In this document: piece by piece, positions 1 to 12,810 of the stretch | Layout of the letters: the number at the start of each line of letters is the position of its first letter | Position numbering within the stretch: the stretch's first letter is position 1 | Origin: Marsupella aquatica | Lineage: Eukaryota; Plantae; Marchantiophyta | NCBI GenBank assembly: GCA_973895155.1 | Contig: OZ316895.1 | Span: 16,782,170-16,846,169, forward strand | DNA length: 64,000 bases | Reading direction: 5' to 3' | Position numbers and translations under genes: made by a program | Notes under the pieces: generated by a model | The model's input: the letters and a program-made list of their open reading frames with translations, nothing else | Database searches by the model: none | What the model was told of the DNA's origin: nothing

Positions 1-3000
1 TAGCAGACGGTGGACATCATGTACCTGGCCTTGTTGAAGCACAAGTCAACTGTATGGAAGAAGTGTGGGAGGTTCTCCAGACTGGTAGCAGTGCTCGAGC
101 AGTGGAGTCGACAAATGCTAACCAACACAGTAGTCGTTCCCACTGGTTGGTTTTAATTACTCTCACGATCGCTGCTGAGTATACGTCCTGTCTTTGATTC
201 ATCAGAAACTAGAGCTCTGCGTGTTTTCCTGGAATTGAAAGGCTCATGGGCATGTCAACGAACGCGTGGATAATCGAATCGTGAGTCGAGTCCTACCATT
301 CAGTTGTAGCAAATTGAAATTTTCCTTTCTCTTTATTTCGTCCCATCTCGTAGAGATTTTCTGGACAATCGGCAATTCTTTTCCAAACCTAAGGTTCGCA
401 GTCGCATACCCTAATTCAAAACGGCGCACTGTAGTGTATATGATATCTTTGGAATTTAAGTGATACTTTGAGATGTAGCCAGATAAATTTTGATCTCAGG
501 TCGACTACTAGATTTTCTGGACAATCGGCAATTCTTTTCCAAACCTAAAGTTTCGCAGTCGCATACCCTAATTCAAAACGGCGGACTGTAGTGTATATGA
601 TATCTTTGGAATTTAAGTGATACTTTGAGATGTAGCCAGATAAATTTTGATCTCAGGTCGACCTGTAGTAGTTAATTGGTCCTGGATAAGCAGCTGAGGG
701 AGAGCGGTATTTCCAGATTCGTTCGATGGTGAACAAATTTGAGGTCAGAAGTGTTTGTTCATCGATATGAGTATAGTCACCGAATCTGTTTGTTTCGGTA
801 CTTTATTGGTCTCACGGATAGAATACAACGCTGTTCATCTTCCCTTTTGATCTAACGGGTTACGTTGTGTTCGTGATCAGCATGTTGTGCGTAATGGTCA
901 AGGGCCAAAATCTGATAACAGGCGAGTGCACAAGGAGCAAGCTATGGCTGGTAGATCTAGCGGGGAGTGAGCGTGTAGCCAAGACCGACGTGCAGGGCGA
1001 CCGCCTCAAAGAAGCCCAGTGCATCAACAAATCTCTATCTGCGTTGGGAGATGTAATAGCTGCGCTCACTACCAAAAGTAGTCACGTTCCTTTCAGGTGT
1101 GTCTTCATCCCGGAATAGGTGTTGAACCAATCCAGAGATTCTCCAAAGTCGAGTGGGCTCGAGCTGGAAAGTTTTGATTGCTATTGGACTACAGGGCTCA
1201 AAGAAGTGCTTTGTGCATCGTCGGTCGAATCAGTTAAGCTCTTCGCTGAGTTGTGGTCATGCGGTCTGTGCAGGAACTCGAAACTGACGCATCTCTTGCA
1301 AGACTCCTTGGGTAGGTCTCGTAAATACAGCTTTTTTTGTATCTGATTCCAATTTATCAACTTAAAATACGACCAGCAGGTCGGATTGAATATGTAGGAG
1401 GGGCTACAGCCTTTCTGTTAACTGTCTGGATGCAGAAATCCGGTCGCATTCATCTCGCAAGGTATGAACAATCGAGTCTTCCTTCAGCTCATTGCTGTGT
1501 CTCTGTGTGCGCCGTCGTTTCTGTGAACAGGGGGCGACTCCAAAGCTTTGATGTTTGTACAAATAAGTCCCAGTGAAGACGACGTCGGGGAGTCACTGTG
1601 TTCCCTAAATTTTGCAAGCAGAGTTCGGGGCGTGGAACTTGGTCCTGCCCGGAAGCAAATTGATACAAGTGAAATATTCAAGTACAAACAACTGGTCAGT
1701 TTTACCCAATATCCTCCCATTTCAATACCTCGGAATGCACAATTTTCTATTCGTCGATAACGCAGTCCTCACGCTGAAGGTGCACATAATAGAACTTTGG
1801 GTTACTAGAGAGGGGATGCATTGTCTTCTCCAATTCCCGATTTGAACTTTTTTCTTGGTACGTCCACACAGGCTGAGAGGGCCAAGCAGGAAGGCCGATC
1901 CAAGGAGGAATCAGTGAAGAAGCTGGAAGACAGCCTACGAAGCACGGAGGTCAGGTTAAAAGTGAAAGAGCATCAATATCAAACGTTAGTAGATAAGGTG
2001 ACATCCAATCCCTCTTTATCCGAGCATATTGATTTTCTGGACTTACTTAGCAATCGGGTGACTAGCCTAAACCAGAACTTGCAGATTGATCTAGATGGAA
2101 GTTGACAACACTGGCTCTCCGTCAATTGAGTCGGTATTTAAACTGGGGGTATGGAAATGATGCAGTTAAAAGACAAGGAGAGATCCGTGGCCGATCTTGA
2201 AGGGCAGCTTGCAGCGGAAAAGAAAGCTCGATTGGCATCACAAGCTTCGCTGAAGGATAAAGACAAGGAGAAATCCTTGGCGGACCTTGAGGGGCAGCTG
2301 GCTGCAGAGAAGAAAGCTCGCTTAGTAGCACAAGCTTCCCTGAAAGAGAAAACATCTCAACTTGAGAAAGCCGAGAAGGCTTTTAAAGACTTCAAAAGCG
2401 TTGGAGCTGAGCGTCGCCCTCTGCTGGAAAGGACGCAGGACGTTGCTGCCACTGGAGGGCCACTGACGAACGGGGGAGTGGGAGGAAACTTGGCCTCGGG
2501 CATGAGTCAAGTCAGTGATTTTGAGAGTCAGTCTGAGAATATGGATCCCCAACAGGCAGATACTTTCGACGTCAAGGCCAAAGTTCTTCCGACAAGGTAT
2601 TACTCACCCACCATTCGGCGGAAAATGTCGAGGATACCGATGCGTGCCTCCATCGCCTCCACCTACCAGATCAATCCTGCAATTCTGAAAGAATCCTTCT
2701 CGTCTGATGAGTCCGCGATTGATTCATCCAAAGAGAATTCTAGATATTCGAATGACATGCGGAGAGAGCGGCGCATTTCGACTTTCAATCGTCCACCTGC
2801 ACCCGTGGTGCCAGCTGCATCTGCCCTTTTTGGACGGAAGAAGGTTGTTCATTTCGCGTCGCCAGTGTTCCAAAAGGAGAAAATGAGAGTGGAGCAAAAG
2901 GTACCTAGCGGGGACAATGAGCAACAAAGTAACAGTGGTCAATCTGCCCCAAGTTTGAGTGTAGGGGACGCTGCGGAATCTAAGAAACTGGGGGGTGCGA

Positions 3001-3167
3001 ATAAGCTCAGAAGGCTGAGTATAGCCAGAAGAACTTCGGGTCAGTTCACCCAACGAACAGCAGGAGGAGCTCAGCGTGTGTTAAGCAGTTCAGCTGGGGA
3101 CCGTCTGAAATCAGGCGTACTACCACCAATTAGACCCCTACAAACAGAGCGCCGGTGGAATAAATAA
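1..3167 (+). CDS. Kinesin-14 family motor (KIN14Q/R/S, malectin-kinesin-like clade), 5'-truncated by the window; exons <1-145, 881-1096, 1274-1311, 1531-1694, 1872-1997, 2166-3167
   Basis: Spliced translation gives [30 protein letters not shown] (switch I), [12 protein letters not shown] (switch II), [17 protein letters not shown]|[13 protein letters not shown]|[32 protein letters not shown], then a coiled coil and a disordered tail ending RRWNK*. All junctions are GT..AG and keep frame. Confidence 0.93.
354..662. repeat. Near-perfect ~153 bp tandem duplication in a kinesin intron (354-505, 510-662)
   Basis: agattttctggacaatcggcaattc...gatctcaggtcgac occurs twice with very few differences. 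Confidence 0.95.
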
Positions 3168-5718
3168 AAGCGGTCAGTGTGTAAAGGACCCTAGGATTCA
3201 TGCTGTCAATAGTCCTTCCCCCTCCTTTTCCCCTCTTTTCAGTACTCGCATCGGTACGAGTTGACAGGTGCTAGATGGCCCGTCCCCGTCGCAGAGTGTA
3301 TTTTATAATCCGACCGGCTGCATTGCAGATACGCAGTGCCAGGTGAAGAGGCTTTTAGTGGTCAAAAGATTACTATCAAGCCCATTTTGATGACTAGTCT
3401 ATGTTTTCGTAACCTCCCACTTCAAGTCCTCCTTGGATTGGCCGCTTAATTATCCCTATTAAAGGATTCTTGTACATTGGGTAACTACTTTGACTCCGAT
3501 TCTCTGGCCTTGGTATTCAACCCGACATTGGCTCGGTTGTATTCTGTCTACAGTATTGGAATCATTACCTTTTGGTCGGGTTTTTAATCTTTACCGGCAG
3601 ATTTGATGCCGTGATGATCATCGTCTATAGCTGTGTATGGACATCGGATACAGAACGAATGATTCAGGAGATCCTACTATGTGAACTATCGAAGTGTACT
3701 ATCGTCGTACATTTCTTGAGCTTCCAACACAACCGACGGAGTAAAAGTTGATCGTGGTAGGTGAGCAATTGCACGACTAGATAGATACACATCCAATCTA
3801 GGAACCGCGAGGTCTGCTGCTGATGCTAATGTACAAAATCCAATGTTGGTTTGCTGAAAACTTAGTGAAATTTTTCTAAATAAGGTATTAGCATTTAAGT
3901 GCTTCACTTGCTGTAGACATTAGCTGCAATTGAGGTGGATAGTTTGCAAGAGCGTCAACGCACGATGGCCACGAACACTACCAGGTTGGCATGTTTCGAT
4001 CAAGTTCCAACTGATTATTCACACTTGGAATGTCGATTCCTGGCTGTGGTACGGCGTTTTGGAACGTTTTGAAATTGACAGCTTCGAAGACGTCTCATCT
4101 TATCTCGTCTTATCTCAGCTCAGCCTAGTCTTGCATTGCCTAAGTTAGGAGATGTACCAGTGGATTGATTAATGTAGAAATTGCCTTCGCCAATGATAAC
4201 GGATAGCTGATGCCAAGACTCTTTGCAGTACTAATTATTGCCACTTTGAAATCATAACGGTTGGATATCGATCCATGTTTATAAAGTTATTCTATCAAAT
4301 CCATGGAAGTCATGTGAGTATTTCTTCTCTTGTTTCCTTTGACAATCCCAAAATAGTCCTACCCTCAGGGCTTTGTGTACACTCGGCGTGGTTATGCAAT
4401 CCTCTAATTATTGTTCCTTCTATGTATTCCTGATTAACGCCAACCAACAAAATATATAAATACACCGGACTCGGACAGTTCTGGCATCTGTCCCTATTGT
4501 CTCCAGTTTCATAATACAACGGTTCCAGATTTGTGCCATGGACTCCACCCAGTTCTTGCCTCCGACCCAGTGCTCTCCGACCCAGTGCTACTCGTCTGCT
4601 GCCAGCGTCAACTTCTGCAAGAGTCCCCAACTCACGAGTGTGCGTGGACTCTCAAGGGCCCCGCTGTGCAATTGGAGCCCTCGAATTGCTCGAGATAGTA
4701 CACATTGCCAAAATTACAACATGCCTTCAGCGGCTCCAGATAAGAAGCTTGTTTTCTCGATGATAAGGCTCATGCAAATTGAGCCCTCACTTTGCTCGAG
4801 AATGTATGCATTGCATTATTACCACGTAACCTGCCACTTCTCTGTCATATTATGGGAAATTTTGATGGTCAGCGACCTCATCAATCATAAATTTAAGGGC
4901 CCGCTCGTAAATTTACCAGTCGTGACATGGGCGGAGGAGGCCAGGGTGTCCCATTGAACCTGCTGAGAATTGGACGTAGAAGTCCGAAAGAACCAAGAAA
5001 ATAAATGGATTCAACCCAAAACATTTACACCATGGGTGTCGGGACTTTTACCAAGTAGTGCTCGAGACATGTATTCCCCGACTAGGATGGTGAGAAGAAC
5101 GACAAGTATGTGCCCGAATGATACACACAACTCATATAGAGGATAAATCCCTATCTGTGAATATACAAGGTTACATAATAAACTAACAGGGAGACTGCAA
5201 TTTCCAGACTCTACTGCCCAGGCTGTGGCAAGGATTGGTTCTAGCAATTCACCTTGTTCATTGGAGGAACAGAACAAAGACAGTTTAGGGTTTAACCAGC
5301 AGTGACACGTGTCCGGGACTGCAAGAGTGCCACTTAAAGTAGTTCATTCATTGGTACTTCATGAAGACCCAACAGAGTAACCAAACTCTCTCAATCTTTC
5401 TTTTCTAGGCAACTTGCAGAGCATTCACTCTAAAGACAATGCCGTAATCATGACAGGGGGAAAAATTGGAATAAACTTGCCGCCCCCATCTGTATTTCTG
5501 ATTAACCAGCTGAAAAAAACTAGTTTTGGAAAATGACATGCTCAGCTGCATTTGTCTCCTAAAGACATTCTCCCAATGCATTTTGTCTCCTAAAGACATT
5601 CTCCCAATCTAACATTTTCCCGTCCTGCAGGACATTCACCTCTTTTAAGATTATTTCTACTCATGTCACACTACTTTTCCCTCTAGAATAATGTTCTAAC
5701 CTAGACTTACTGTACCCT

Positions 5719-6957
<1,239 letters not shown>

Positions 6958-7658
6958 TCACTTCCCGACTTCCCCAACCTGCAGCTGCGATGTGACGAGA
7001 TGGAGAATGCTCGGGTCATTCATCCACTCGCTGAGCACGGGATTGACGGGAATCCCAGACAGATCCAGTGCAGCACTCAGCACGAGGATACAACGCAAGA
7101 TCATCGAAAGATAACATGAGCAATGGGATTCCGAAAAAGCATATTGTATCCTGATGTAAGCAGAGCCAAGGTGACAACGCACCAGCTTAATTTTAAAGGT
7201 TTTTTCTTTTCTTTTCTTTTCTTCTGTTCGCTAGGGTGGCGAATGTCACTTTGTATGAAGGAGAAGATGCTCAGAATATTACTAATTTTCATAGATTAAT
7301 TCTGACCACCAGATCTCTCTGGTAACCGCTAGATTCTGGCAATCGGGTCTGTGGAAACTGGATAATTTATAAAAGACAAGGGGCCAAAAACATACGGGAA
7401 AAATTGGAAGGAGTAACCAGAGAAGGGAATTATATTTAGTGTGAATGTGAATGAAAGAGTCAACTATTTTCAAAGCAAGAAGAAAAAGGGAGAGGCTACT
7501 GCACTAGGATCAAGTGCTTCTCCCTCTACCATCTTGGGTACCATAGATGCATAGGAAGTGCTATATACTCCATACAGTTTCATGATAGTCATACCAAATA
7601 ATGACAGGAGTTTAATTGCAGTTATTACATAGTATGTAGTGCACATTGTAATGGATGA

Positions 7659-7862
7659 GAGAAAGAGGAGACCAAAACATAGTGAAGGGGTCTGGGAAGA
7701 GGGTTACTAGGCTGTAACCTGTGACCAGTTAGTGAAGAAAAGTTAACCACCCAGAGCCAGGAGAAAGAGGAGAACAAAACATCGTGAAGGGGTCTGGGTA
7801 GATGGTTACTCGGCTGTGACCTGTGACCAGAACATGAAGAAGAGTTAACCGCCTAGAGCTAG
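7659..7862. repeat. ~102 bp imperfect tandem duplication, part of a dispersed repeat copy
   Basis: gagaaagaggag..aaaacat.gtgaaggggtctggg...cctgtgaccag..tgaagaa.agttaacc repeated at 7659 and 7761. Confidence 0.85.
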
Positions 7863-8688
7863 AAAGTTTTTACGGATCCCATGGGAAAGTTTCAACATTT
7901 CAACTAAACAAAGAAAGGGGTAAATTGGGGTGAAAGAAAATAATGTTTAGATGGGTTGTGATTGATATATGAGTGTTTTTTGGTAATCTATTTGAATTTT
8001 CTATTTAATCTATATATTATGAAAAGAATGATGAGTAGAAAGAGCTTCTTCAACTACTCTAACATTTACCAAGGTAACATAAGAAACCAAATAATTTTTA
8101 AAACTTCTCTACCATTTATCATGGTAACATACTAAACCCAATAAATTTCTCAACTTCTTGAACATTTACCAAGGTAATTTAAGAAACCCTTTGGCTACTA
8201 TGGATAGAGTAGTAACAAGCAAACATAAAAAAACACCATAATTATTATGGGGAGAGGAATACCAAGGGACTCAAAACCTTCAACTACTATGGACAATTGA
8301 ATATTTTGCATGAAATTCATGGAATGTTAAATGTGTTGTATAGACATAGAGATACTAAGGGAAACATTTTGCATGGAGTATTACCATGAATTGTCCTAAG
8401 TACTTTTTAAATTCACTTCATTTAGAATCTTTGCTCTCTTATTTATCTCTTCCAATGTGCAACTATCATCTCTCCAAATAGTTCTATAAAACAAGTTTAC
8501 ATAACCAAGGGTACTCAAACTAATTCTAGGAACAAGGTTCAAACTAACCCCAGCCCAAATCTTTATTACTATACGTAAATATGGAAGTAAAACAATTATG
8601 ACTTTCTAGGCAAAAGATTATCAAAATAATGACATCTAAAAAAAACTCACACGGGTAACCCTTCTTCCATACCAAATTTACAATACTC

Positions 8689-8950
8689 TAGTCACCCCAA
8701 ACCATTGTTGCGGTACTATAGTCATCAGTGTACCAACTGTAGTCACCTTGTAGTCACCATCGTACCAACTGTAGTCACCCCAAACCATTGTTGCGGTACT
8801 ATAGTCATCACCAACTGTATTCATCTTGTAGTCACCATCGTACCAACTGTAGTCACCCCAAACCCATTGTTGCGGTACTATAGTCATCAGTGTACCAACT
8901 GTAGTCAGCTTGTAGTCACCAATGTACCAACTGTGGTCACCCCAAACCGC
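8689..8950. repeat. Higher-order minisatellite (~80-83 bp unit x3, built from TAGTCAY submonomers) upstream of the 9432 gene
   Basis: tagtcaccccaaaccattgttgcggtactatagtcatca..taccaactgtagtcacc recurs three times. Confidence 0.9.
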
Positions 8951-9431
8951 TGTTACGTACGGAGGAGTTCAGATCGAGCTCATGGCGCTTTAATAATGCT
9001 TCTTTCCTTTGCTGCGTATGGTGTACGCTCTCGATCCTTCACGACCTTCAACGCCCGCCTTTCGTTGCGCACAAGTCACATGATCAGAAAGCAATCTGGC
9101 GTCAAGAGCTGCTGCGGCGACGAGACTAGAACAGAAAGCTTCGTTCATCCTTTGGCATCGGCAAGTTTCCGATTCCGCTGCGTGTGAATTCGAAGTGTGA
9201 GGAAGTCGTTCCGATTTGGCGGTTCTCTTTCGGCGGCCGATTTTCTGCTCTACCCTATTTTTCAAATCCAGACGCGCTCTCTCCTCTTCTGTTATGGTCG
9301 TCGGTATCTCGAGCGAATCGATTCAGGCGTCTAGAGGCGAAGGCGAGCGAAGGTGGTGAGAGTTCCTGTCTTGTTGTCTGTTTTGGCCCACGAGTAAAAC
9401 CTGGTGTTGCGATAATCTGAAGATTGCTGTC

Positions 9432-10262
9432 ATGGATAAGGAAATCGGTCTAAACATGGGCGTGTCCGGTCGCGGAGAGCATCTGCCGATGAAGGCCAAG
9501 AATAAGTGGAGGCGTCGGAAGTTTTCGAGAAGGAATGAGCCTGTGCGGAATCAGGGCTCGGTGTTGATGCAGAATGGCGCATATGAACCCCCGAGGCTTA
9601 CAGAGTTGCAGCAGCAAAACCGCCTGAAGACGAGAAGATATTACCCGAGGAAACTCCGCGCTCCTGGCGCTCCGCGAAACACTTCCTCCTTCATCATGCG
9701 TGCCAAAAGGCCGGGAGGCGTTGCTTCGTTAGTCTCTCCTGTTACACCTGCTATCCTCCCGACGCCCGTCCAGTCTCCGGCTCCTCGATACAGAGAGGGT
9801 CTTGTAGACGAGGTTAACAAAGAGTGGGGTGTAGATGGTTATGGTTCTATGAATGGTTTGATACGATTGCGGTCTGTGGAAGAAGGTGAAGTAGATGACT
9901 TCGGCGGTACGGGTGAGAGTGGAAGTGAACTTGAGCAGGACAACCGGGCTGAGTCTGTACAGCAACTTGAACAGCGGATAGATCATGGCTTAAGCCGTTT
10001 CGAGATTGTCTTTCCGTCCCCGTATGCCGTTTTTGACAATAAACTGGCCACGGCGTCCCCCATGGAGGAGCTTGAGAATCGAATTGCTCAGCTAGAAGAT
10101 GAGAATCTGTCTCTGAAAGAAAATCTTTACTTGTTGCGGCAGGAATTAGCAGAGGCACGGAGGCCATTACCTGTGCAAGACGCGGGAGACTATGGATCTG
10201 ACGAGAACGTCGGGGTCTGTCAAAGAAGAAGCGGAGGAGATGTATTTTGTGCACAAGGCTAG
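9432..10262 (+). CDS. PRLI-interacting factor A-like plant protein with HEXIM-like architecture (basic region, APRNTSSF motif, acidic region, C-terminal coiled coil)
   Basis: 276-aa ORF with plant-family motifs Y.PP.L.ELQ.QNR.K.RR.YP, APRNTSSFIMRAKR.GG.ASLVSP.TPAILPTP, EWGVDGYGSMNGLIRLR, LEQRIDHGLSRFE and a terminal leucine zipper. Confidence 0.85.
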   Translation: MDKEIGLNMGVSGRGEHLPMKAKNKWRRRKFSRRNEPVRNQGSVLMQNGAYEPPRLTELQQQNRLKTRRYYPRKLRAPGAPRNTSSFIMRAKRPGGVASLVSPVTPAILPTPVQSPAPRYREGLVDEVNKEWGVDGYGSMNGLIRLRSVEEGEVDDFGGTGESGSELEQDNRAESVQQLEQRIDHGLSRFEIVFPSPYAVFDNKLATASPMEELENRIAQLEDENLSLKENLYLLRQELAEARRPLPVQDAGDYGSDENVGVCQRRSGGDVFCAQG

Positions 10263-12586
10263 ATCGTGTCTTTCTTTGCTTGCTGTGCCGTCTGTGTTTG
10301 TTTGTGTGTGAAGGTGAGCTGAAGCTAACGATGGTGGTGCGATCCCAGCGCAACGTGCGCGCGCGCTTCTCTCGAGTCAGATTTGTTTGTTCACGTTGGC
10401 TGAACATCCATTTCCGACGTGAGTCTCCCTGCCTCCTATGTGCCCGGCTTTTGTGAGAGTACTGCTTTGATTGCTTGTAGAAGCAAGCTTATTTCGTCTC
10501 TTTTTTCTCTCAAGGTCATGAGTGGAGCCTCTCCTTGGCACTTGGGGAAGAAGGTCTACGCAGCTTGGAGGCTGTGTAGTGTTTTCTGGCGATGGGTATG
10601 ATGCGGTAAGGACTTTACCCTTGGTTAGTTGAAGGATGCTTGACATGACAGCTGTCTGTAAGATACATATGTCCTCGTATGAAGAGATTGTTCATCCATG
10701 AACGAATGTCCCGCTTAAGTGGCTTTCCACGTTCTTCTCTGTACATTGGAATAGGATGCAGTAAACGCGTGCAATCCTGCTGGAACAGAATGTGGTGTTT
10801 GGCTAGGCCAGAGTAGGCTTGTAGTTCAAGATAGTTCGATTTTGCAGTGTAACACACAATTAGAATGTGGTTTTTACCTAGGGTAGAGAGCTTCTAGTCC
10901 GAGACCGAGAAAGTTCAATTATGCATTGTTATCACAGAATCGACTCGATTACTTCTCGATGGTTTCCGGTAGTCATGTTAAGCTGTCCAATCACCGTGTG
11001 GTACGATTATGCTGTACAAAAATGTAGAAATTTACTTACGCACAGAAAGAAACTTGACCACAGATTATCAATGAAACATTCTATTTAGATCTCATTTGTT
11101 TCCTTTGAATTGCATGTCTCATCTGTCTCAGGCCGCAGTGCGCTGCGATGATCACAGAAAGGAAGGCGGATGGCCTTATTGGTAGGGATGTATTTGGTGA
11201 AGTGTTGATTGCAGTTGTTTTTTTATGTTAGGTTTGCACTTTCTTTGTGCTCCTCATATCGTGTTTGTTGTTGTTGGTGGTGTTTCCGAAGTTTGAGAGT
11301 GTCCTTGCGCAGGTTTCGATAATGTATGTCTACGTTTGCTGTCACGTGTCACTCCTGATCGTAGGGACTGAAGTGCAACCTTGCCAGGTTTCTACCCTGG
11401 CTGTGGCTTTCATCCCTGAAGCGCATGACGCATCTGGATTCTGGCGTCAGTATCTTAACCATTTGGTGTCGTTGCCTTAGTGTAGGTTCGAAGGCAAAGT
11501 TTCATTCGTTGCTTATCTTACGCAATGGCGTTCGAAAGGTTTGGTTTTAGGTCTACGTGCAAGAACTTCGCACGTGAGGAAGGATAGATTGACTCGTTGC
11601 GGTGTCGAATACATGTTTGTTTGGATTGGTTCTTGTCATTTGAGTTTGTGCCGACTTCTCATCATCTGATCAAATTGATGGCTCGGGTTTAGCAGGGGAT
11701 GTAATGTGAGGCTCTGCGCTCTGGGAGAGAAAGTGCCTGATTAACACCTACGGATTTTTTCCATCACCACTGTTTTCTTGGACCAAGTGAGGTGAACAAG
11801 AAACTTAAAAAAGGCCAACAAAGCTCAACCGTGGACAAAGTTTGACCGACAGTACGAAAGAAAAAATAGACTAAAATGTATTACATATGAGGTTACCAAA
11901 ACCACGAGCAAAATTAAACAGAAAATGTTTCAATGCAATCTTATTGATAAAGCCCGATGCGATGCTACCTTCCAAGAATATGGCCTAGAGTGAAGGATGC
12001 AAAGCTACCTTCCAGGGCTATGGTCTAGAGTGAATCCTCCATACCCGAATTCACAAAACTGAAAGTGAGGTTGGACATAAAACAGTGATGGGGCAAGATA
12101 AAATCTCTAGACCATAACTCACCAAGTTTAAAGTGAGTGTATCAAAAAAGGAATGGGGGCAAGGATGAATGGAAAGTAGCATAGATTTGTAAAAGCTCAA
12201 GTGACGGTAAGCAGGCAAGAGTGTGGTAACAGTATCTTAATTGCCTTGCCGTGGGTGGACTACCCTCCAATAGCCATGGCATGATTGTCCTCGCTAGACT
12301 ATCGTGAAATAGCCATGGCATCGTGCAAGACTGCCATTTCGAACCTGATCTATCTTGCACGATAGCTTCAAAAAGGATGCCTTTACGTAATGATATTCAC
12401 TTCCCATGTATTGTTTTGCTGAAACTTACAGGAGCTTTACGAACGGATCTTCACCAATTTCTATGGCAAGCCGATGCAGCGAACCAAAATAGTACTAAAA
12501 TAGTTTCTTCACGTAATGTCAAACCCAGAGATTTTTCTGCCCCCAGAATAGTCTGCCCTCAAAATAGTGCCTACATCCAGTAGCTT

Positions 12587-12810
12587 CGTCTAATATCTAC
12601 TTCGAAGCCAAGCAATCAACAAGCTCCATCGAGGATGTGAGTATTGCAAGCAAACCAAAAGCTGCGTCTAATATCTACTTCAAAGCCAAGCAATTCAAAG
12701 CCAAGCAATTCAAAGCCAAGCAATCAACAAGCTCCATTCAAAGCCAAGCAATTCAAAGCCAAGCAATCAACAAGCACCATCCAGGATGTGAGTATTTCAG
12801 GCAAACCAAA
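12587..12810. repeat. Tandem duplication with internal 15-bp (aattcaaagccaagc) expansion
   Basis: cgtctaatatctacttc.aagccaagcaat..ggatgtgagtatt..caaaccaaaa occurs twice; the second copy has multiple aagccaagcaattc units. Confidence 0.85.

Noticed and set aside
4533-4957. 139-aa ORF between kinesin and HEMC
   Set aside because: Low-complexity start from short repeats, no domain, and it overlaps the probable HEMC 3'UTR on the opposite strand
8678-9187. Repetitive ORFs (TIVPTVVTPN / WGDYSWYDGDYK)
   Set aside because: Translations of the TAGTCA minisatellite
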